Shown here one piece after another: positions 56,808 through 64,000 of a stretch of DNA of 64,000 nucleotides; the stretch's first letter is position 1; each line of letters opens with the position of its first letter. Both the position numbers and the translations under genes were made by a program. The notes under the pieces are model-generated. The model was not told where the DNA came from. It saw only the letters and a list, made by a program, of their open reading frames with translations, and ran no database searches. Origin of the DNA: Candidatus Neptunichlamydia sp. (GTDB lineage: Bacteria > Chlamydiota > Chlamydiia > Chlamydiales > Simkaniaceae); contig OZ247587.1 in NCBI GenBank assembly GCA_965233865.1, positions 1,440,001-1,504,000 on the forward strand. Reading direction: 5' to 3'.

Positions 56808-57650
56808 ATGGTTAAGAAATTTCGACCGACAACACCCGGACAGAGAAAGTTAGTTCTCCCTAGCTTCGGTCAGCTGACTAGAGTCAAGGGGAAGCGAGCG
56901 ACCATTAAGCCGACGAAGTCTCTTATGGTTCCGAAAAAGCGTATTAATGGAAGAAACCACCATGGACACATCACGTGTCGTCATAAAGGTGGGGGCCATA
57001 AGCGTTTTTATCGGCTTATAGACTTTAAAAGAGATAAAGATGGAATTGAAGCGAAGGTTGCTTCAGTAGAGTATGACCCCAATCGATCTGCTCATATCGC
57101 ACTACTGAATTATCGTGATGGAGAAAAGCGCTATATCATCGCCCCTGAAGGGATTAAACAGGGAGATGTTCTTCTGTCTGGAGATAAAGCTCCGTTTAAG
57201 ACCGGATGTGCAATGGAACTTAAGAGTATGCCTCTTGGTTCAACAGTCCATAACATTGAGCTGTATCCTGGGCGTGGAGCAAAGTTCGTTCGCTCAGCGG
57301 GGCTATCAGCGCAGCTGATGGCACGTAGTGGAGGCTATGCAACCCTTAAAATGCCATCAGGCGAAGTTCGGATGGTAAGAGAAACATGCCGCGCAACATT
57401 TGGTGTTGTTTCCAATGCTGAAAATGCTCTTCGTGTTGAAGGAAAAGCTGGTAGGTCGCGCTGGAAAGGGATTCGCCCAACAGTTCGAGGGACCGCAATG
57501 AACCCTGTCGATCACCCACATGGTGGTGGAGAAGGGCGTCACAATGGATATATTCCACAAACTCCATGGGGAATGCAGACTAAGGGATTCCGCACCCGAT
57601 CGAAGAAAAAATCGAAGAAGCTGATCGTGAAAGACCGAAGGAAGAAATAA
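56808..57650 (+). CDS. rplB: 50S ribosomal protein L2
   Basis: [25 protein letters not shown]. Confidence 0.98.
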   Translation: MVKKFRPTTPGQRKLVLPSFGQLTRVKGKRATIKPTKSLMVPKKRINGRNHHGHITCRHKGGGHKRFYRLIDFKRDKDGIEAKVASVEYDPNRSAHIALLNYRDGEKRYIIAPEGIKQGDVLLSGDKAPFKTGCAMELKSMPLGSTVHNIELYPGRGAKFVRSAGLSAQLMARSGGYATLKMPSGEVRMVRETCRATFGVVSNAENALRVEGKAGRSRWKGIRPTVRGTAMNPVDHPHGGGEGRHNGYIPQTPWGMQTKGFRTRSKKKSKKLIVKDRRKK

Positions 57651-57913
57651 TGGGTAGAAGCTTAAAAAAAGGTCCTTTTGTGGATCACCACCTAGTAAAA
57701 AAGGTCCTGAAACAAAATGATGAAGGGTCAAAAAACCCGATTAAAACATGGTCTAGACGATCGATGATTATTCCTGAAATGATTGGACATACGATCGAGG
57801 TTCATAATGGTAAGAAATTTATCTCAGTCTTTGTGTCTGAGAATATGGTCGGTCACCGACTGGGAGAATTCTCTCCTACTCGGCTCTTTAAAGGCCATCC
57901 GGTTAAGAAGTAA
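57650..57913 (+). CDS. rpsS: 30S ribosomal protein S19
   Basis: [28 protein letters not shown]. Confidence 0.98.
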   Translation: MGRSLKKGPFVDHHLVKKVLKQNDEGSKNPIKTWSRRSMIIPEMIGHTIEVHNGKKFISVFVSENMVGHRLGEFSPTRLFKGHPVKK

Positions 57914-57918
57914 AGGAT

Positions 57919-58263
57919 ATGACAATGCGAGAAGCTATAGCCAAAACGAAATACGTCCGAATTAGCCCAAGGAAAGCACGACTTGCAGCTGGATTGATTC
58001 GAGGAAAGGCCTGTGAGGAGGCTCTCATTCAACTCCTTTATTCGAATTTGAAAGGGGGACGTCTCCTAAAAAAGACCCTTGATAGTGCCATTGCGAATGC
58101 AGAAACACTTCATAGTGTTCAGCGGCGTGATCTTAAAGTAAAAGAAGTGCGCATCGATGTTGGCCCTGTAATGAAGCGGGCAAAATCGAAGAGTCGAGGT
58201 GGGCGTGTGCCTATCTTGAAACGGATGAGCCATTTTACGGTCATCGTTGGAACGGAAAATTAA
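57919..58263 (+). CDS. rplV: 50S ribosomal protein L22
   Basis: [15 protein letters not shown]. Confidence 0.97.
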   Translation: MTMREAIAKTKYVRISPRKARLAAGLIRGKACEEALIQLLYSNLKGGRLLKKTLDSAIANAETLHSVQRRDLKVKEVRIDVGPVMKRAKSKSRGGRVPILKRMSHFTVIVGTEN

Positions 58264-58272
58264 CGAGGAAAC

Positions 58273-58902
58273 ATGGGACAAAAAACATCGCCGACAGGAT
58301 TTAGACTCGCTCTTAATAAAAACTGGAAATCCGTATGGTATGCCAACAAGCAAGAATTTGGAAAGCACCTATTTGAAGATGGGGAAATTCGTAATTTTCT
58401 TATGAAGAAACCTTGTTGTGTTGGTACAGCTGAGATTGTCATCAAGCGAATGAGCGAAAAAATTGAAGTTACCCTCCACACTGCGAGACCTGGTCTTGTG
58501 ATTGGAAAGAAAGGGGCTGAAATTGAAACGATCAAGCAAGACCTGAAGAAGTTAACCGGCAAAGATATCTGGATTGAAGTTGCGGAAATTAAGCGTCCTG
58601 ATTTAGATGCTAAGCTAGTAGCAGAAGGGATTGCAAAACAGTTAGAAAGGCGCGTTGCTTTTAGACGAGTACTAAAGAAAGCGATTCAAGCAACAATGGA
58701 TGCTGGAGCGGCTGGAATTAAAGTTCAGGTTTCTGGACGGATTGGCGGGGCAGAAATTGCTAGAACTGAGTGGTATAAAGAGGGACGCATTCCTCTTCAT
58801 ACAATGAGAGCTAATATCCAGTATGCAACAGCGCGAGCTGAAACGACATATGGCTCAACAGGGGTCAAAGTTTGGATTAATAAAGGCGAAGACCACACAT
58901 AA
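58273..58902 (+). CDS. rpsC: 30S ribosomal protein S3
   Basis: MGQK..PTGFRL, RPGLVIGKKG, GAEIARTE, GVKVWI. Confidence 0.98.
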   Translation: MGQKTSPTGFRLALNKNWKSVWYANKQEFGKHLFEDGEIRNFLMKKPCCVGTAEIVIKRMSEKIEVTLHTARPGLVIGKKGAEIETIKQDLKKLTGKDIWIEVAEIKRPDLDAKLVAEGIAKQLERRVAFRRVLKKAIQATMDAGAAGIKVQVSGRIGGAEIARTEWYKEGRIPLHTMRANIQYATARAETTYGSTGVKVWINKGEDHT

Positions 58903-58922
58903 GGAATTAGGAGAATATCGCA

Positions 58923-59342
58923 ATGGCACTGATACCGGGACGCCCAAAATTTCGAAAACAACAGAAAGGCTCGATGAGCGGAACCACTAAGGGTGGACAG
59001 TTTGTTGAGTTCGGTGATTTCGGAATGCAAATTCTTGATCGCGGACGCATCACTAATCAGCAGATTGAATCATGCCGGGTTGCAATTACCCGCTATTTTA
59101 GTCGAAGAGGAAAAGTATGGATTCGTATTTTTCCTGATAAGCCGATTACTAAGAAGCCTGCCGAAACCCGTATGGGTAAAGGAAAAGGAGGAACAGACCA
59201 CTGGGTTGCTGTTGCCCGACCAGGACGAATTTTATTTGAAGTTGCGAACGTCTCAAAGGACGAAGCAAAGAAAGCTCTTCTCAAAGCAGCAGCGAAACTT
59301 CCGTATCGCACACGCTTTGTAGAGAGGGTGGAAAGGGTATAA
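58923..59342 (+). CDS. rplP: 50S ribosomal protein L16
   Basis: [24 protein letters not shown]. Confidence 0.98.
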   Translation: MALIPGRPKFRKQQKGSMSGTTKGGQFVEFGDFGMQILDRGRITNQQIESCRVAITRYFSRRGKVWIRIFPDKPITKKPAETRMGKGKGGTDHWVAVARPGRILFEVANVSKDEAKKALLKAAAKLPYRTRFVERVERV

Positions 59343-59352
59343 GGAGGCGAAA

Positions 59353-59559
59353 GTGTTAAAGGTAAAGGAAATTATCAACCAATCAGTTGAAGAGCTTAAA
59401 GGTCAGTATGAGGATATTTGTAGAGATATTTTTGAGCTAACCAACGAACTTCGCGTGTCGAGAAAACTAGAGAAGCCTCACGAACTGAAAGGTAAGAAAA
59501 AAGATCGAGCGCGAATCCTAACTGTTTTGCGTCAAAAGAAGAACCAAGGATCAGCGTAA
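59353..59559 (+). CDS. rpmC: 50S ribosomal protein L29
   Basis: KKDRARILTV; operon position. Confidence 0.94.
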   Translation: MLKVKEIINQSVEELKGQYEDICRDIFELTNELRVSRKLEKPHELKGKKKDRARILTVLRQKKNQGSA

Positions 59560-59565
59560 GAGATT

Positions 59566-59814
59566 ATGGAAGCTCAAGGAAGAAAGAAAGTACGAGAAGG
59601 GGTTATTGTCTCAGCAAAGATGAATAAGACTGTAACGGTTAATGTAGAGAGAATAATTGCTCATCCACGTTACAAAAAAGTAGTAAAAAGAAGTAAAAAA
59701 TACTACGCGCACAATGAAAAAAGCGACCTTAAGGCTGGTCAAAGGGTAAGGATTCAAGAGACCCGCCCTTTTTCGAAACTTAAGCGCTGGATTGTAGTGG
59801 ACGTCCTTTCATAA
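59566..59814 (+). CDS. rpsQ: 30S ribosomal protein S17
   Basis: [25 protein letters not shown]. Confidence 0.97.
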   Translation: MEAQGRKKVREGVIVSAKMNKTVTVNVERIIAHPRYKKVVKRSKKYYAHNEKSDLKAGQRVRIQETRPFSKLKRWIVVDVLS

Positions 59815-59838
59815 AAAAAATGTAAGTAGTGAGAAACG

Positions 59839-60207
59839 ATGATTCAACAAGAAACAGAATTAGAAGTAGCAGATAACAGCGGAGCCAAGAGGGTGAAGTG
59901 CTTTAAGGTTCTACGTGGAACCAGAAGGCGGTATGCCCATGTGGGCGATACAATCGTTTGCTCAGTAAAAGAGGTAGATCCAAAAGGAAGTGTCAAGAAG
60001 GGTGATGTTATTAAGGCAGTAATCGTTAGAACAAAGAGCTATATCCGCCGCAAGGATGGAACAATGATCAGGTTTTATGATAACAGCTGTGTCCTTGTTG
60101 ACGACAAGCAAAACCCGAAGGGTACGCGAATATTTGGACCTATTGCTAGAGAAGTACGAGATAAAGGATTTATCAAAATTAGTTCACTTGCACCCGAAGT
60201 GATTTAA
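59839..60207 (+). CDS. rplN: 50S ribosomal protein L14
   Basis: [22 protein letters not shown]. Confidence 0.98.
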   Translation: MIQQETELEVADNSGAKRVKCFKVLRGTRRRYAHVGDTIVCSVKEVDPKGSVKKGDVIKAVIVRTKSYIRRKDGTMIRFYDNSCVLVDDKQNPKGTRIFGPIAREVRDKGFIKISSLAPEVI

Positions 60208-60222
60208 AGAGGAACATTAGAA

Positions 60223-60564
60223 ATGAAACAGAAATGGATCAAAAATGGGGACAAAGTCCTCGTCCTCAATGGAAACGACCGGGGGAAAGTAGGTGAAGTT
60301 CTTGCAAAGAAAGAAGACCGTATCCTCGTTCAAGGAATCAATGTCCGAAAAAGACATACGAAAGCACGTCAACAAGGACAGAAGTCTGAGATAGTGAGTT
60401 TGGAAAAGTCCATTCACATCTCAAACGTTGCTCTATGTGATGGCGATGGAAAAAAGATCAAATTGAATGTGAAAATGGGCAAAGATGGCTCGAAAGAGCT
60501 CGTTTATCTTGATAATGGAAAAGAAATTAGCCATCGAACCCTTAAAAAACCTGTGAAGGCATAA
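60223..60564 (+). CDS. rplX: 50S ribosomal protein L24
   Basis: [22 protein letters not shown]. Confidence 0.97.
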   Translation: MKQKWIKNGDKVLVLNGNDRGKVGEVLAKKEDRILVQGINVRKRHTKARQQGQKSEIVSLEKSIHISNVALCDGDGKKIKLNVKMGKDGSKELVYLDNGKEISHRTLKKPVKA

Positions 60565-60565
60565 A

Positions 60566-61108
60566 ATGTCTAGATTAAAGAAGAAATACGAAGAAGAAGT
60601 TAGAGAGTCCTTGAAGAAGAAGTTCTCTTATCAAAACCCAATGAATATTCCTGAGCTAAAAAAAATTATTATTAGCATGGGAGTAGCAGAGGCTGTAAAA
60701 GATAAGAACATTATTCAAGATTGTGTAAAAGAGCTTATGCTTATCTCAGGACAGAAACCTATCGTAACTCGAGCAACAAAGTCTGTCGCGAACTTCAAAC
60801 TTCGTGAGGGGCAAGCAGTTGGATTGAAGGTTACCATTAGGGGAAAACGGATGTACGAATTTCTAGATCGTTTTTCAAACATTGTCTGCCCCCGTATTCG
60901 TGACTTTCGTGGTTTCAACAAAAAGGGTGACGGTAGAGGGAGTTATTCTTTAGGATTATCTGACCAACAGATGTTTCCAGAGCTTAACCTCGACAATGTA
61001 AAAAGAGATCAAGGAATGAATATCACCTTTGTTACAACGGCAAAGAAAGAAGATGAATGCCTTGAGCTGCTTACACAGCTCGGCCTTCCATATAAGCGTG
61101 AAAATTAG
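60566..61108 (+). CDS. rplE: 50S ribosomal protein L5
   Basis: [19 protein letters not shown]. Confidence 0.98.
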   Translation: MSRLKKKYEEEVRESLKKKFSYQNPMNIPELKKIIISMGVAEAVKDKNIIQDCVKELMLISGQKPIVTRATKSVANFKLREGQAVGLKVTIRGKRMYEFLDRFSNIVCPRIRDFRGFNKKGDGRGSYSLGLSDQQMFPELNLDNVKRDQGMNITFVTTAKKEDECLELLTQLGLPYKREN

Positions 61109-61116
61109 AGGATAAG

Positions 61117-61512
61117 ATGTCAGTAACCGATACAGTAGCAGATCTACTTACAAGAATTCGAAATGCTAAAGATGCAAAACATAAGTATGTTGATGTAAGA
61201 TGTAGCAAATTGAACAAGAACATCATTGCCGTTCTTCAAGACAAAGGTTATGTGAATAATTTTCTTGTGAATGAGAAAAAGCGCCAGATTCGTGTCTTTC
61301 TTAAGTACATTAAAAATACAAGAAATAGCGTGATCCATGGTCTTAAAAGGATGTCAAAGCCGAGTCTTCGATATTACGTAGGATACCAAGAGATTCCTAG
61401 AGTTTTCAGTGGGCTTGGAATTGCAATTCTATCGACACCCTCTGGAGTTCTGGATGGAGAAAAAGCAAGAGAAATGAAAGCAGGTGGAGAGCTCCTCTGT
61501 TTTGTTTGGTAA
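61117..61512 (+). CDS. rpsH: 30S ribosomal protein S8
   Basis: ADLLTRIRNA, SKPSLR, GLGIAILSTPSG, GGE. Confidence 0.98.
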   Translation: MSVTDTVADLLTRIRNAKDAKHKYVDVRCSKLNKNIIAVLQDKGYVNNFLVNEKKRQIRVFLKYIKNTRNSVIHGLKRMSKPSLRYYVGYQEIPRVFSGLGIAILSTPSGVLDGEKAREMKAGGELLCFVW

Positions 61513-61530
61513 AATTAGGAAATAAGTAAC

Positions 61531-62073
61531 ATGTCACGATTAGCTAAAACACCCATTCTTCTTCTAAAAGGGGTTGAAATTAAGATCTCCAAAGGCGAAG
61601 TAGAAGTGAAGGGCCCTAAGGGAACTATTCAACGAAGGGTTCCTGAGGGAATCTCAGTTAAAATTGAAGAAGGGCAGCTCTCAGTTCATTACGATGAGAA
61701 GAGCGGTCTCCCAAAACCTATGTATGGCCTTCACTGGTCTTTGATCAATAATGCAATTATTGGGGTCAGCACAGGATTTGAAAAACAACTAAGTTTAATT
61801 GGTGTTGGATATAGAGCAGCCGTTAAGGGAACCGTCCTTGATTTGCAACTTGGGTTTTCTCATCCGACTCAAGTCGATATCCCTTCCGAAATTCAAATAG
61901 CCATTGAAAAAAGCGTTCTCATCAAAGTTACAGGAGTGGACAAACAGCTTGTTGGGCAGTTTGCAGCAGATGTTCGCGCTAAGAGGCCCCCTGAGCCTTA
62001 TAAGGGAAAAGGGATTCGATACGTTGATGAGTATGTTCGTAAGAAAGCTGGTAAGTCAGCAAAAGGAAAGTAA
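61531..62073 (+). CDS. rplF: 50S ribosomal protein L6
   Basis: KGPKG, GVGYRA, PEPYKGKGIRY. Confidence 0.98.
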   Translation: MSRLAKTPILLLKGVEIKISKGEVEVKGPKGTIQRRVPEGISVKIEEGQLSVHYDEKSGLPKPMYGLHWSLINNAIIGVSTGFEKQLSLIGVGYRAAVKGTVLDLQLGFSHPTQVDIPSEIQIAIEKSVLIKVTGVDKQLVGQFAADVRAKRPPEPYKGKGIRYVDEYVRKKAGKSAKGK

Positions 62074-62076
62074 GAG

Positions 62077-62439
62077 ATGCATCTAAATCTAGAAAAACGT
62101 AATACTATCCGTAAGAAGCGTAGTATGCGCGTTAGAAAAAAGCTTCGAGGAACTGCTGAACGTCCTCGCTTATCGGTTTTTAAATCGATTAATCACATTG
62201 GTGTGCAGCTGATTGATGACGAAAATGGACTTACGTTGGCAAGTTATAGCACCCTTGTGAAAGAACTTAAAGGGAAGAAAAAATCGAAGGAAACTGCGCG
62301 AATTGTAGGTGAAAAGATTGCTGAGCTTGCTAAGGATAAAAATATCGATCAAATGGTTTTTGATCGTGGACGACTTAAATATCATGGGATCATCGCTGAG
62401 CTTGCCAATGCTGCTCGCGAAAAAGGAATAAAATTTTAG
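62077..62439 (+). CDS. rplR: 50S ribosomal protein L18
   Basis: RPRLSVFKS, QLIDD, FDRG..YHG. Confidence 0.97.
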   Translation: MHLNLEKRNTIRKKRSMRVRKKLRGTAERPRLSVFKSINHIGVQLIDDENGLTLASYSTLVKELKGKKKSKETARIVGEKIAELAKDKNIDQMVFDRGRLKYHGIIAELANAAREKGIKF

Positions 62440-62447
62440 GATAATTC

Positions 62448-62945
62448 ATGGCTATGAAAGGCAAAAGAGAAGAAGATTTCGATACCGACTTTGAAGAGAA
62501 AGTCCTTTATATTAATCGCTGTTCAAAAGTGGTTAAAGGGGGACGTAAATTTAGCTTTTCAGCCCTCGTCATTGTTGGCGATGGAAATGGACGAGTAGGA
62601 GTAGGATTTGCAAAGGCAAATGAAGTTGCTGATGCAATCCGTAAAGGGGGAGAGGCTGCTCGTAAGAACATCCTTACTTTTGAGCTCGAAGGAACCACGA
62701 TTCCCCACGAAATCCTTACCGATTGGGATGGAGCTAGAGTTCTCCTAAAGCCGGCAAAAGAAGGAACTGGAATTATTGCAGGATCCAAAGTCCGAGCGGT
62801 TCTTGAGGTAAGTGGAATTAAAGATGTTGTGGCCAAAAGCCTTGGCTCTAGCAATCCACTGAATCAGGTACGTGCGACCTTCCAGGCACTTGCAGACCTT
62901 AGAAATAGACAAACGACACTTGATGCAAGGGGGGTAGCTGTATGA
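62448..62945 (+). CDS. rpsE: 30S ribosomal protein S5
   Basis: KVVKGGRKFSFSALVIVGD, GTGIIAG, KSLGSSN. Confidence 0.98.
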   Translation: MAMKGKREEDFDTDFEEKVLYINRCSKVVKGGRKFSFSALVIVGDGNGRVGVGFAKANEVADAIRKGGEAARKNILTFELEGTTIPHEILTDWDGARVLLKPAKEGTGIIAGSKVRAVLEVSGIKDVVAKSLGSSNPLNQVRATFQALADLRNRQTTLDARGVAV

Positions 62946-63391
62946 AACTATCAGAATTACAAGACACACACCGGAAGCCTAAACGAAGAAAGCGTGTAGG
63001 GCGAGGACCTGGTTCAAAGTTAGGTAAAACCTCTGGCCGTGGACATAAAGGGGCTAAATCTCGTTCAGGGTATAAGACTCGTGCTGGAAAGGAAGGAGGG
63101 CAACTACCTCTTTACCAAAAGCTTCCGCATCGAGGATTTTCCAATGCGCAGTTTAAGGTGCCAGTGTTTGAGATTAATCTAGGTCGAATTAATGATGCCT
63201 TTGAAGATGGAGAAGTCGTTAGTAAGAAGACTCTTATGGAAAAGGGGTTCCCAATGCGCCGAATGAGAGGAGGATTTAAAGTCCTTGCAAGTGGAGAAAT
63301 CACAAAAAAAGTTGTGATTGAAGCAAATCGATATTCTAAGAACGCGATTACCAAGCTAGAAAAGCAGGGAATCGAATTTAAACGCATCTAG
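62942..63391 (+). CDS. rplO: 50S ribosomal protein L15
   Basis: RVGRGPGS..GKTSGRGHKG, EGGQLPL..LPHRGF. Confidence 0.98.
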   Translation: MKLSELQDTHRKPKRRKRVGRGPGSKLGKTSGRGHKGAKSRSGYKTRAGKEGGQLPLYQKLPHRGFSNAQFKVPVFEINLGRINDAFEDGEVVSKKTLMEKGFPMRRMRGGFKVLASGEITKKVVIEANRYSKNAITKLEKQGIEFKRI

Positions 63392-63396
63392 GTTAT

Positions 63397-64000
63397 ATGC
63401 TCCAGACGATAAAAAAGATTTTTTCGATAGAAGAAGTAAAGTGTAAAATTTTATTTACTCTTTTAATGCTCATTGTTTGTCGTATTGGGGCTTATATTCC
63501 TGTTCCTGGAATTAATGGTGACGAAGTTTTTCAAGTCTTTCGCCAACTTACAGGGGGGAGTCAAAATCTCTTTCAGCTAGTAGATATTTTTTCAGGTGGT
63601 GCATTTGCTCAAATGACGGTGATTGCTCTTGGGGTAATGCCATATATTTCAGCCTCGATTATCATGCAGATACTGGTTGCTGTTGTTCCTTCTCTTCAAA
63701 GAGAAATTCGGGAAAATGGAGATGCAGGCAAGAAGAAAATGGGAAAAGGAATTCGTTTGATGACGATTGTACTAGCCCTTTTTCAATCCGCCCTTTTAGC
63801 GAAGTATGCGCTTAGCCTGAATATGTCGCATCCTGGAATTATTGTTCCTCAGTTGATTGCTTCTCAAATCTTTGGTTTCCCGTGGCTTTTTTTCTTGGTT
63901 GTAATGGCAGCGATGAGTACTGGGACTCTCTTCTTAATGTGGATTGGTGAACAGATCACGGATAGAGGTATTGGAAATGGAATAAGCTTAATCATCTCGG
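63397..64000 (+). CDS. secY: Preprotein translocase SecY (runs off the window end)
   Basis: Own translation from ATG 63397: KILFTL..RIGAYIPVPG, FSGGA, ALGVMPYISASIIMQ, MWIGEQITDRGIGNGISLI. Confidence 0.96.
   Translation, partial: MLQTIKKIFSIEEVKCKILFTLLMLIVCRIGAYIPVPGINGDEVFQVFRQLTGGSQNLFQLVDIFSGGAFAQMTVIALGVMPYISASIIMQILVAVVPSLQREIRENGDAGKKKMGKGIRLMTIVLALFQSALLAKYALSLNMSHPGIIVPQLIASQIFGFPWLFFLVVMAAMSTGTLFLMWIGEQITDRGIGNGISLIIS

Noticed and set aside
55144..63391. rpsJ, rpsN and rpmD missing from the S10-spc cluster
   Set aside because: Matches the usual chlamydial arrangement

Overview
Chromosomal segment of an environmental chlamydia (phylum Chlamydiota, probably Simkania/Rhabdochlamydia-like). 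The assignment rests on euo, two NTT/Tlc nucleotide transporters, a DUF2709-type gene, the giant fused secDF, and chlamydial gene orders: gltX/tsp/euo/recJ/secDF/uppS-cdsA-cmk-plsC, then lnt-lpxC-fabZ-lpxA-fmt, then an rplC-secY cluster lacking rpsJ, rpsN and rpmD. Most of the window is housekeeping. A ~14.6 kb accessory block lies between ispF and cysJ. It holds a signal-peptide-bearing Rhs polymorphic toxin with an immunity gene, an orphan toxin/immunity cassette sharing an exact 150-bp anchor repeat, a decayed third cassette fused to a macrodomain fragment, an Rpn nuclease, a Phd-like protein, a TraA relaxase-helicase/TraD mobilisation module, DsbB and an M50 protease. Other points of interest: palindromic MITE-like insertions on both sides of fmt, putative membrane effectors at the position of Chlamydia cap1, a tandem NTT duplication that includes its promoter, and several small ORFs below the ORF-track cutoff. 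No tRNA, rRNA or CRISPR array was seen. All family calls come from motif recognition by eye; no searches were run.
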